Source: Kiritimatiellia bacterium (GTDB lineage: Bacteria > Verrucomicrobiota > Kiritimatiellia > RFP12 > UBA1067). Taken from it: 57,437 bases of DNA. Shown here piece after piece: positions 20,792 through 30,400 of this stretch (position 1 is the first letter of the stretch; each line of letters starts with the position of its first letter). The translations under genes and the position numbers were made by a program. Location of the stretch: the NCBI GenBank assembly GCA_017544725.1, contig JAFYDR010000317.1, positions 1 to 57,437 of the forward strand, in the 5' to 3' direction. The notes under the pieces were generated by a model. The model saw only the letters and a program-made list of their open reading frames with translations. It had not been told where the DNA came from and searched no databases.

Positions 20792-21724
20792 TCACCGCAT
20801 CCGCTTCTGGAGCCGTTGCTCAATCTCCAATCCGTTACAGAAAGCCCGCGTGATATCCTGCAAATCCTTTTCGGTCGCAGTTGTCGGTTCGACAACCGCA
20901 TCCACATGACCATCCGCGAACGCGACATGACCCGAATTCCGTCGTCCGGAAGTGTGGTTAAATCCGATGTACTCTTCCGAACCGCTGGATGTCGAATACA
21001 GACTATCGACAATCTTCGTCTGCAACACGCCGTCTGACGCACTCTCGGATGTCTTGACATCGGTTTCACGACTGCCTGGCTTGTAGCAAGGCATCTCCGC
21101 GAAAAGCAACAACTTACTGGCGTCACCATGCCGGGACAAGGCAGTAAGAGAGACTCGCCTCTCCGAATTGGGCTTATTGTTTCCAGACCTTGCCCAGCCG
21201 AAATAGGGATTCATCACGTACGACCGCAGTGCTGTTTTTCCAAATTCCTTGCAAACCTTTTTGTGCGCATCGCATCCGTACACCTTGATGTCGCCACCTA
21301 CCAGACTGTACAACACACCATTGGAGATCGACTGGAACGCCGGATCGTGCACGGACATTTTCTGACTCTCCGCAAAACAATTCGCGGTCTTGGCACCAGA
21401 TCCAGGAGAGATTTGATCGCCTTTCGGACGTCCCGTCCAACCGACCCACGCCCCCTGTTCCCGATACATCACCTTACGCTTGAGGTCTGGCACTGCATAG
21501 TCGTAAGACCCTGCGCAAGGCAAATGATGGTACTTCCCAGCGCTCGCGTAGTTCAACGCCGCCTGAGCGAGATTGCGCAGATTGTTCTTACAACGTGCGC
21601 CACGCGCAGCCTCCGCCGCATTGCTAATCGGCGTAATCAAGGCAACCATCAGGCCACCGATAATCGCGATGACGATCATCAACTCAACCAACGTAAAAGC
21701 TCGATTGTTCAAAATCCGGTTCAT
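20792..21724 (-). CDS. Prepilin-type N-terminal cleavage/methylation protein with an H-X9-DG domain (PVC-type pseudopilin)
   Basis: RAFTLVELMIVIAII, CKNNLRNL, and C-terminal HTSGRRNSGHVAFADGHV. Confidence 0.9.
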   Translation of the reverse strand: MNRILNNRAFTLVELMIVIAIIGGLMVALITPISNAAEAARGARCKNNLRNLAQAALNYASAGKYHHLPCAGSYDYAVPDLKRKVMYREQGAWVGWTGRPKGDQISPGSGAKTANCFAESQKMSVHDPAFQSISNGVLYSLVGGDIKVYGCDAHKKVCKEFGKTALRSYVMNPYFGWARSGNNKPNSERRVSLTALSRHGDASKLLLFAEMPCYKPGSRETDVKTSESASDGVLQTKIVDSLYSTSSGSEEYIGFNHTSGRRNSGHVAFADGHVDAVVEPTTATEKDLQDITRAFCNGLEIEQRLQKRMR

Positions 21725-21810
21725 GGCACTCCTAATCCAGCGTTCTTTTTCCCTATTTTCCGCTTTTCTCGGTCACTTGGCAAGCCGAAAGTTAGGATTA
21801 TTTGTAATCT

Positions 21811-22081
21811 GGGCGCATCTGCATATTTCACCGTCGTCTTTTGAAAATGAAAACAACGGAAACAACTTAAAAAACAACTTGTCTTTAGAGCGCGGGCTAA
21901 CTCGCCCGCGTAGCACACGGCGACTCTTCATAGCGGCAAGTTACAGGCAAAGGAGAGACGATGCACGGACCGGTTGGTCCGTGCACCTCTTTCAAATGTT
22001 GTCTTCAAGTTGTTCTGGTTGTTTCTAAAATCCTCTCGTGCGCATGAGATGGGTGAATTACACCGCGTGTGCGAATTTCCC
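21811..22081. mobile_element. MITE-like element (271 bp) with a 9-bp target site duplication
   Basis: Flanked by TTGTAATCT at 21802-21810 and 22082-22090; reverse-complement relative of 44661-44949; right TIR degenerate. Confidence 0.85.
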
Positions 22082-22168
22082 TTGTAATCTTCTGATTCTG
22101 AATTCTGAACAAGAAGGGTAAGTTCGACCGCTACCTATTCGTGTCCCTATTCACAGCTTGTGGGTGTC

Positions 22169-22209
22169 AAAAACAACCTGCCCGCGCCCTCTTTACGGGG
22201 GCGCGGGCA
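22169..22209 (-). terminator. Rho-independent terminator downstream of cysK
   Basis: TGCCCGCGCCC-loop-GGGCGCGGGCA hairpin followed by a T-rich tract on the minus strand. Confidence 0.65.
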
Positions 22210-22245
22210 TAAACGACGACGCAAATACCTGCGCCACTTAAAAAC

Positions 22246-22360
22246 TAAAGCAATTTCAAAACCTTTCACCCATCCCGTTCTTCAACCACGGAATGCAAGG
22301 AAAATTATGAGTTCTCCGAGAAACCATTCCGTAAGTTCCGTACATTCCGTGGCTTACCTC
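22246..22360. repeat. TTGCAAAACC-family element with CACGGAA / TTCCGT nonamer arms
   Basis: AAAGCAATTTCAAAACC...CCACGGAATGCAAGGAA...TTCCGTAAGTTCCGTACATTCCGTGG; similar to 53262-53391. Confidence 0.65.
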
Positions 22361-22369
22361 AACTGACAG

Positions 22370-23296
22370 CTATTCAAAGAGCCAAGTAGAGAGGTAACGT
22401 TCGCCGGTATCGGGAAGAAGGGCAACGACGGTCTTACCCGCAAACTCTTCGCGCTTGGAAAGTTCCAGTGCCGCCCAGAGTGCCGCCCCGGACGAGATGC
22501 CGATCAACAGTCCTTCTTGTGCTGCCGCCGCACGGGCGGTTGCCCCCGCGTTCTCTGCGGATACCTTAACCACCTCGCTCAGGAGCGTCGTGTCGAGCAC
22601 TTTCGGGACGAAGCCCGCACCGATTCCCTGTATCTTGTGCGGACCGGGCTGACCGCCGGAGAGCACGGGCGACGTATCGGGTTCAACTGCGAAGAGCTTG
22701 ACATCCGGATTCTGTTCCTTGAGATACTTACCCGTTCCCGTAATCGTTCCGCCTGTACCGACTCCCGCAACGAACGCCGCGACTTCCCCGTCCGTATCCT
22801 TCCAAACCTCCGGTCCAGTCGTGCGGTAGTGGAAATCGGGATTGGCGGGATTCTCGAACTGCTGCAGAATGACCGCGCCGGGTGTCGCGTCGCGAAGTTC
22901 GTTCGCCTTTGCGATCGCTCCCTTCATGCCCGCCGCTCCAGGCGTCAGTACAATCTCTGCCCCGTATGCCGCCGCAAGCTTGCGGCGTTCGATACTCATC
23001 GTTTCGGGCATGGTGAGGATCAAATGGTACCCCTTCACCGCTGAGACAAGCGCGAGTCCGACACCCGTGTTGCCGCTCGTCGGCTCGATGATGGTCGCAC
23101 CGGGTTGGAGAATGCCGTCTTTTTCAGCGGCCTCGACCATCGCGAGCGCAATCCTGTCCTTCACGCTACCGCCCGGATTGAAAAACTCGACCTTGACGAG
23201 TACCCGGGCCGTACCCTGATTGAGTTTCCGACTGATTTCCACAAGCGGCGTTCCGCCGACTTTGCTGAGGATGTTCGTGTTGATGTTGCTGCTCAT
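22370..23296 (-). CDS. cysK: Cysteine synthase A
   Basis: NPGGSVKDR, EPTSGNTG, QQFENPAN, GVGTGGT, HKIQGIG, DTGERYLST. Confidence 0.96.
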   Translation of the reverse strand: MSSNINTNILSKVGGTPLVEISRKLNQGTARVLVKVEFFNPGGSVKDRIALAMVEAAEKDGILQPGATIIEPTSGNTGVGLALVSAVKGYHLILTMPETMSIERRKLAAAYGAEIVLTPGAAGMKGAIAKANELRDATPGAVILQQFENPANPDFHYRTTGPEVWKDTDGEVAAFVAGVGTGGTITGTGKYLKEQNPDVKLFAVEPDTSPVLSGGQPGPHKIQGIGAGFVPKVLDTTLLSEVVKVSAENAGATARAAAAQEGLLIGISSGAALWAALELSKREEFAGKTVVALLPDTGERYLSTWLFE

Positions 23297-23323
23297 TGCT
23301 TGATTCCTTTCTCTCTTGAATTC

Positions 23324-24199
23324 CTAGAACTGGTACTGGATCGAGAAGACGGCTCCCGAGCCGACTCCGAGATTCTTGGCTGAACCGCGCCGATAGAACT
23401 TGTCTTTATCGCCCGTCTCGGCGAAAGCCGCCACGAGCGAAAGCCGCTCCGTCACGAACCAAGCTACGTGTCCATCGTAGTAGTCGTGGTTACGAATGCC
23501 GTCACCCGCATCCACGCCCTGCTTGTATTCCAGACCGATGGCGACATTCTTCGCCGGCAACACATCAATGTTACCGAACGCGACTGCATCGTACTCGTTG
23601 TGTCCGACAACGCCGTTCACCACCTCGTCGGAAAGCAGGACGCCGGCAGAGAGCAGGACTGGTACCGGTAACTGCGTGATCAACTTCGTCGCCACCAGAT
23701 AGGCATCGAATCCGTCATCATCGAGTCCGAGCGCGTCAACCGTCTCCGAATCTGTGTACTTGTACACGCCGCCGACCGCGAACGCAGGCAACCACGCAGT
23801 GTCGAACGCGTTCTCGTCCAGGAACCGCAGTTTCGCACCGAGGTTGTAGGTGTTGATGTTCTTGTCGCCGTACTTGTGCGCGTTCACGAACCCGTACCCG
23901 GCGGAGACCTCCAGCCGATCGGCGAAGGTCAGCGCGGCGGAGGCCGCCCACCAGTTGATTCCCGCGTCGTTCAGATTGACGTACCAAAGACCCGCCTGCG
24001 GCTTCGAGACGACTTTGTTCACGTCGTTCGACTCGCCGCCTTCCCACGGCAGACCAGCCGTGTATGCGAGTGGGTTGAAGGCGATACCGCCCGTACCCTG
24101 CAGGTTGTTCAGCGGGACACCCGCCCAAGCGGTTCCCAACACGATTCCGAATGCCGCGACAGTAAGCACGGCGTGGATGTGACTGTTGTTGTTCTTCAT
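23324..24199 (-). CDS. DUF3034-like outer-membrane beta-barrel protein
   Basis: Signal peptide, LQGTGGIAFNPLAY N-terminal pattern, amphipathic strands, C-terminal IQYQF beta-signal. Confidence 0.7.
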   Translation of the reverse strand: MKNNNSHIHAVLTVAAFGIVLGTAWAGVPLNNLQGTGGIAFNPLAYTAGLPWEGGESNDVNKVVSKPQAGLWYVNLNDAGINWWAASAALTFADRLEVSAGYGFVNAHKYGDKNINTYNLGAKLRFLDENAFDTAWLPAFAVGGVYKYTDSETVDALGLDDDGFDAYLVATKLITQLPVPVLLSAGVLLSDEVVNGVVGHNEYDAVAFGNIDVLPAKNVAIGLEYKQGVDAGDGIRNHDYYDGHVAWFVTERLSLVAAFAETGDKDKFYRRGSAKNLGVGSGAVFSIQYQF

Positions 24200-24404
24200 G
24201 GATCAAACTCCTTTTGTGGTTGGGACGACTCACTCCGAGGCGTCCCGGTGTTGCGTTTCTGTGGTTTGGCTGAGAATTGTGAATCGTTCGTAAAAACGGA
24301 CTCCACCGATTTGGGGTGTGAGCCGGAAGTCATCCGGCCTTGATCAGGGATCCGTTTGGGACACGGTCGCTTCCGGTATTGCGACCGATGCCACTGTCTT
24401 GACA

Positions 24405-24554
24405 TCAGAGATGCGCCCGTACATCAAGACTTGTACGCATACAGGTTACATTCATACGACAACACCAGAACGGCATCGCCTGCTTGCCTTTCTCGCTAAA
24501 ATCTTTTCGACTGGCGGTGTTCACCGCCCAAACCTCGTCTGATACTTGACTCAT
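24405..24554 (-). CDS. Putative 49-aa Cys/Met-rich leader peptide (below the ORF-track cutoff)
   Basis: SD AAGGAG 6 nt before ATG; MSQVSDEVWAVNTASRKDFSEKGKQAMPFWCCRMNVTCMRTSLDVRAHL*; followed by several hairpins. Confidence 0.6.
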   Translation of the reverse strand: MSQVSDEVWAVNTASRKDFSEKGKQAMPFWCCRMNVTCMRTSLDVRAHL

Positions 24555-24631
24555 GTTTTTCTCCTTTCTTCGTTTTGCCTTTGCTTGATAACCGTTCGTT
24601 TGTACCCACCTGCGGTTTCGCCGCCTCTCCG

Positions 24632-25927
24632 CTAGATCGCGTTGAGCGCGTCTTCCAACGCACCGATGATATCATCGATGTGTTCCAGCCCAATCGAGAG
24701 GCGAATCAGTTCCGGCGCGATGCCGCCCTTCGCCAAATCCTCCTCCGACAACTGTGAATGCGTAGTCGAGGCGGGATGAATGATCAAGCTTTTCGCATCG
24801 CCTACGTTCGCAAGAATCGAGAAGATCTCCCCGTTTGCCGCATCCGCCAACTTTCTCGCCTGTTCCGCCCCGCCCTTGACACCGAACACGACCACACCAC
24901 CTGCCCCGTTCGGCAGGTACTTCGCTGCCAGCTCTGGATAGGTGAGTGAGGGGTATTTCACCCAAGCTACCTTCGGATGCTTCTGCAACCACTGTGCGAC
25001 AGCCAGCGCATTCTCGCTATGCCTTGCGATACGAAGCGGAAGCGATTCTACGCCCTGCAGGAAGATCCACGCCGCGTCCGGTGCCAGCATCGGTCCCTGG
25101 TTACGGATACCGACCGTCAGAAGACGAATCGAGAACGCGATCGGCTTCAGCGGTTCCGGTAAATCGTGCGCGAAACGTAACCCGTGATACCCGGCGTCCG
25201 GCTCGTTGTAGAGCGCAAACTTGGGATCCGTCCAGTCGAAACGTCCCGCATCGACCACCACGCCTCCAATGCCTGCACCATGCCCACCGATCCACTTCGA
25301 GAGCGAGTGGATCACCAGATCGGCACCGTGGTCGATCGCCCGGAGAAGTGGAGGCGGCGTGAACGTCGCATCGACCACCAGCGGCAGATGATACTTCTTC
25401 GCGATGGCTGCGTATCCCTCGATGTCCGCGATGTCGAGCGCGGGATTGCCAACCGCCTCGATGAACAACAGGCGTGTCTTCTCGTTGATTGCCGCCTCAA
25501 CCGCCGCAAAGTCATTCACAGGCGTGAAGTTCACGTGGATTCCCGCATTCGGAAGAATCGCGTCAAACTGCGAGAAGGTACCTCCGTAGAGGTTGCTCGC
25601 CGCCACAATCTCATCCCCCGCACGAGCAATGTTGGTGATGGAAAAGAAGATCGCCGCCGTCCCGGAGGAAAGAGTCTGTGCCGCCGCGCCACCCTCCAGT
25701 GCTGCAATCCGTTTCGCCAGCACATCGTTCGTCGGGTTCATCAGGCGTGCGTAGATATTGCCCAGCTCACGCAGACCGAACAGATCGGCACCATGCTGGG
25801 AGTTGCGGAAATTGTATGCCGTGGTACGATAGACCGGCACGGCCCGTGCGGATGTTGCGGGATCTCCGTGCGGATCCTGTCCAGCGTGAATCGCCAATGT
25901 CTCAATGTGGTATTTCTTCTCGCTCAT
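24632..25927 (-). CDS. metY: O-acetylhomoserine/O-acetylserine sulfhydrylase
   Basis: ETLAIHAGQ, AVPVYRTTAY, GNIYARLMNPT, HSLSKWIGGHG, ANVGDAKSLIIHPASTTH. Confidence 0.92.
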   Translation of the reverse strand: MSEKKYHIETLAIHAGQDPHGDPATSARAVPVYRTTAYNFRNSQHGADLFGLRELGNIYARLMNPTNDVLAKRIAALEGGAAAQTLSSGTAAIFFSITNIARAGDEIVAASNLYGGTFSQFDAILPNAGIHVNFTPVNDFAAVEAAINEKTRLLFIEAVGNPALDIADIEGYAAIAKKYHLPLVVDATFTPPPLLRAIDHGADLVIHSLSKWIGGHGAGIGGVVVDAGRFDWTDPKFALYNEPDAGYHGLRFAHDLPEPLKPIAFSIRLLTVGIRNQGPMLAPDAAWIFLQGVESLPLRIARHSENALAVAQWLQKHPKVAWVKYPSLTYPELAAKYLPNGAGGVVVFGVKGGAEQARKLADAANGEIFSILANVGDAKSLIIHPASTTHSQLSEEDLAKGGIAPELIRLSIGLEHIDDIIGALEDALNAI

Positions 25928-25962
25928 GTCAGTTTCTCCTTCCTTGCGTTTGAACGAGACTT

Positions 25963-26029
25963 ATCATAGCACTTTCCCACATTATCGCATAATTGGAAAT
26001 AATTACTATTCTCAATAGGAAATTCCTAT
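25963..26029 (-). promoter_or_regulatory. metY promoter: extended -10 plus a LysR-type palindromic operator
   Basis: Minus-strand TGCTATGAT at 25963-25971; perfect palindrome ATAGGAAATTCCTAT (T-N11-A) at 26015-26029, about 65 bp upstream of the predicted TSS. Confidence 0.65.
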
Positions 26030-26104
26030 GGATAACTTTTGGTTGTTAGCCCGTCACCCACGATTGCGCGAGGACTTTCCATGAGGATACTTTCGACAGC
26101 TACT

Positions 26105-26560
26105 GATGACACGCGACAAACGACACGCGACGTTCCGCGTTGGGACTGGCGGGACTAGCAGGACGGGCGAGACTGGCGGCTAAACACCTGTCCCCATCGT
26201 CCACGTTTCCCCTCTCAACCAACTGGCGGCTTTGCCTCTCTACTCGTCACTCGTCATTCGTCACTGGCGCGAAGCGCCTCGCGTCCCTGCTTCTCAGCTG
26301 GCGCGAAGCGCCCGCCTCCCCTACTGCCTACTCTCTATTGCCTACTGCCTTCTTCTCATTCTTCAGAGCCAGTTGCAAAACCCCCGCATATTTCTCACGC
26401 CAAGTTCACGAAGTTCGCGAAGTTTCGCTTTTCGAGTTACTTTACTTAGCGTACTTTGCGTGAGACAAACAAGTAGGTTTTGCAATTACCTCTTCATTCT
26501 TATTTCTTCATTCTTCATTGCCGCCTTCGGCGGCTCGCTTCTCAGCTGGCTGCGTTAGCC
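26105..26560. repeat. Mosaic intergenic repeat cluster
   Basis: GACACGCGACAAACGACACGCGAC (also at 4342), GGGACT nonamers, TCGTCAC heptamers, CTACTGC heptamers, a TTGCAAAACC element at 26365-26493, and the CTCAG module. Confidence 0.8.
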
Positions 26561-26571
26561 GTCTGCCACTG

Positions 26572-27372
26572 CTACCAAACAATGGTACGGCTTTCAAAGA
26601 CGGGACCATCTTTACAGACACGCGCAAGGTACTCGCTTCCGTCTTCGCGGCGGATTTTCTGCACACAGCCAAGACAAGCACCGACACCACAGACCATTCG
26701 TTCGTCGAGCGACAGCCAAGCGCGGCTACCTTCCGTTTCGGCCATCGCGCCGACTGCCCGCAACATTCCCGTGGGACCACAGGCGAAAATCTCCGCCTTC
26801 TTCCCTTCCTCGCGGAGTTGCCCCAGCGTCTCCTCCAGCAGCACCGTCACAAGTCCCTTTGTTCCGAGTGAACCGTCCTGCGTGGCAACCTTCACCGTCC
26901 ATCCGAGCGGCTCGAAATCCGCAGCAGCCAAAATATCCGCAGCAGTTCGTCCGCCTATCAACGTAATTCCTCCTGCCCCCGTACGCTTGGCGAGGAAACT
27001 AAGCGGGGCCACGCCGTATCCGCCCGCCACACAAACAGGGACAGTTCCTTTGGCTGGCTTGGGAAAACCGTTTCCAAGCGGTCCAAGAACTGGCACCGCC
27101 ACCCCTGCTTGAACACGGCTCAATGCCTCGGAACCGCGTCCGACGACCTTGAACAAAATACGCAGTTCATCTCCTTCCGCACCGTAAATGCTGAACGGAC
27201 GGCGAAGAGCGCTTGCCTCTAGTCCTGGCACACGGATGTGCACAAATTGTCCCGGACGCGCCTGTCCGGCGATCTGCGGCGCACGAAGCCGTAGCGTCCA
27301 GTATCCCTCCCCGATCGGAGAAATCGACAATACCTTCGTTTTTTCATCACAACAATCGGACTTTTTTCTCAT
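26572..27372 (-). CDS. pyrK: Dihydroorotate dehydrogenase electron transfer subunit
   Basis: PGQFVHI, LRRPFSI, GPLGNGF, AGGYGVAP, ACGPTGM, and the [2Fe-2S] motif MVCGVGACLGC...CKDGPVF. Confidence 0.92.
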   Translation of the reverse strand: MRKKSDCCDEKTKVLSISPIGEGYWTLRLRAPQIAGQARPGQFVHIRVPGLEASALRRPFSIYGAEGDELRILFKVVGRGSEALSRVQAGVAVPVLGPLGNGFPKPAKGTVPVCVAGGYGVAPLSFLAKRTGAGGITLIGGRTAADILAAADFEPLGWTVKVATQDGSLGTKGLVTVLLEETLGQLREEGKKAEIFACGPTGMLRAVGAMAETEGSRAWLSLDERMVCGVGACLGCVQKIRREDGSEYLARVCKDGPVFESRTIVW

Positions 27373-27446
27373 GGTATTTTCCTTACGCTTCCCTGCTCCT
27401 AGGCTTACCCACCAATTTCAAACCGCACAGCGACGATTCAGACATT

Positions 27447-30400
27447 TCACTTTTCATTCTTCACTGATGGCACTACCCGTCCCTTGGCATCCTGTACCGT
27501 GTTCGTGGTATGGAGATCAGGCGGTTCGGGCGGACCAGGTGGATGCAACTCGTTTTGTGCCTCCAAATAGACCATCTGCGTCCGTACACGACGAATCTCC
27601 GCATTAACAAGAGCTGCCGCCTCCATGTGTCCCGCAACCGTCAACTTCTTTTGGAAGTCGCGCAGTTTCTGCAGGTAACCTTCCGTGATACCGATCACCC
27701 GTTCCGCCCGCTTCCTGCGAATCGATATCTGCTCTGCCACGTACCGCTGCTGCAAGACGGGGAGTTCGGGTGCCGCCATGTCCGCGAGATTTCCCGTGGT
27801 CAGTTCGCGGTCAGCCTCGAATCGCCCGATCTCGTATCGTACACTCTCCCAGCCACTGTAGTTTCCAGCACGCTGGTACTGATCCATCAGTTCATGCAAC
27901 TTGCCGAGATAGGCATCCGGCCAAGCGTCCATCTGTCCCGCAAATTCCTTCATTGCCGCAGTCAGCGACTTCTCGTACTCCGTGCGCATCTGCTCCACGT
28001 CGCGCAGGCGGGTCTCGCCCGTTGTGGTGGAAAGAAGCACGACTTGAGGCGGTCCGGACTCCGAGTCTGCCGCGTGTTGCGCATCGGCAAGCGTCTTCTC
28101 CGCCTCCAGCTGTTCCGGCGTGTTCTTGACACGCAGAATCTCGTCGTTGACGGACTTCGCCTCGTCGAGGTTCTTCTTTTTCGTCAGTCCGCTTTGCAGT
28201 TCCGTAAGTTCGTTCACGTACTTCTTGCCGAGCGTTACCAGCTTACGGCAGTGTACAAGTTTCTGTTCGATCTGCAACTGGCGGTATTTCTTCCACAGCA
28301 ACTTCAACTCGGAAGAAGCTACGTTCGTCTCCGTACCAGTCGGCAACTGACGCGTCTCTTCAAAGCGCGTGATCTCCGACTGAACTTGCATATATCCCTC
28401 AAAGTCACCCGACTCTTGCCTCGCCTGCTGGAGTTGCTCCAGCTCGTTCACGTAGGATGTCGGCCACGTCTGGTCGAAGTCGTGCATTTGCGCGGCGATG
28501 CCCTCTAATTGCCGCTCGTAGTCGCCCTTCTTCTTGCGTAGCACCAGTTCCGTCTCGGAAGCGGTCTTCACATTTGGCGCATTAGTCATGGCGGCAACAT
28601 TGGGCGTATCGGCAGCTTTCTCGTTGCGCATGAAGAAGTCGTTCAGTTTTCTCTTCTCCGACAAGAGCGGCGCCACGCAATACTCCGTGAAGTGCGGGAT
28701 GAGCCTCCCCGTCCAGTCATAGAACGCATGCGCCGGCTCGTAGGCAAGCCGCAACGCAGTCGGGAACGGAGGCTGCTGGAAGTGCGCAACAATCGGCAGA
28801 CTGATCAGATAGACCAGCAACATCGCAAAGCAGCAGACGAGCGTCCAAAAGGTATTCCGCACGATTTCGTGTCGGTGGATCGCGCGCCGAATCTTCGTCA
28901 GTTCCGGATCGTCCGATGCCACGACGCGTTCCAGATCGTTGTAAAGCCGCATCGTCGAATGCCATTCGCCGTTGCGAATGCACTGTTGTGCGCGCAGAAT
29001 GTCGCGCTGTGCGGTCAGTGCCGGAATCTGCCGCAGTTCCGCCTCAAACTCGTTCCGGTCCTCCGCCAACAGACGATACTGCTGAATGAAACGCGCCGCA
29101 CGTTCATAGTTCTCGACATTCATCTCGATGGGAATCTGCTCCTTGAGCTGTTCCCGACGACGAATCAGACGTCCCGCCTCTTCCCGCATGGCGGCGATTT
29201 CCTGCAGGTACTTTCTGCCCGAAGGGCCTGCCGGCTCGAATCCGTTAACACGCCCCGCGTAGGAAACCACGCGGTCGTAGCGTTGCAGCGACATCGCCTC
29301 TTTCATCTTCTTGATCAGTTGCTGCACAACCTCGTAGGCACGCGCATCGGCACCGCACGTACCGCAGTACTGTACGCCGACAAAGGTGTCCGCGCCGCAC
29401 TCCGGGCACGACTCGCTCCCGTCCCATCCACACTCCGCACAGAACTTGGTGGTCAACGGATTGACCGCGTCACACCACTTGCACCGCCAAGTCGTCTTGA
29501 CTGTCGGCAACTCGATCCGCGTCTTGCTCTGTACCTTCTGCAATGCGTCCATGAACGCGGCGGCAGAAACCCAACGCTGTTCCTTGTCGGTCGCGAGCGC
29601 CTTGACCACCAGTTCGCGCAACGAGACGGGAATGTCCTGTTCGCGGAAGTAACGCGGGTTCTGTCCTGTCAGCATGAAATAGAGTAACGCCCCTAGTCCG
29701 TACACATCCGAGCGCTCGTCCGTGTGCCGTGCGTCGCTCTCTTGTTCTGGCGCACCGTACCCTAGCGAAAGCAGCTTCTCTCCCGGCACAGTCAGTTGTG
29801 ACTCGTCAAGTCCCGCCTGCTTGAGTCGCGCAAGACCGAAATCCACAATCTTCGGTTCGCTGCTTTTGTCGAGTAGAATATTGCTCGGCTTCAAGTCGCG
29901 ATGGATCACGCCACACGAATGCGCGTACGCGACAGCCGAGGTGATCTTCAGAATCAAGTCGATGGACTCGTCCGCAGAGAGCGAACCGTGCCGAGAGACG
30001 TAACGATCCAGCGTGAGGGGAGGATTCGGATTGACCAGTCCGCCCGCTTCGGTCTTCTTGCGAACAATCGTGTCATCAGGACCCGCGATGTACTCCATCA
30101 CGATGTACGGACCGTCGTTGTCCTCCCCCAGCGCGTAGATGTGAACGATGTGATTGTGGCTCAATGAAGCGACCGCTCGCGCCTCGTGCAGGAAGCGCTT
30201 ACGCAGAACGGCAATCGACTGCGCCTGATGGTTCAGTCGTTTGATCGCAACGAAACGTCCGAGGCGCTTGTCACGCGCCAGATACACAATACCCATGCCA
30301 CCGCTTCCGATTTTGCTATAGATTGTGTACTGGCTGAAGAGGTCGTCATTACCCTGCCCTGATTCCGAAACGGACTGCTCTCCTTCCGGCGGAATCACAA

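Noticed and set aside
24560-24600. TTATCAAG on the minus strand as the start of a SAM-I riboswitch near metY
   Set aside because: The rest of the SAM-I core (GAGGGA kink-turn, GCAACC, GTGC) is absent, and the segment runs straight into the leader ORF's SD.
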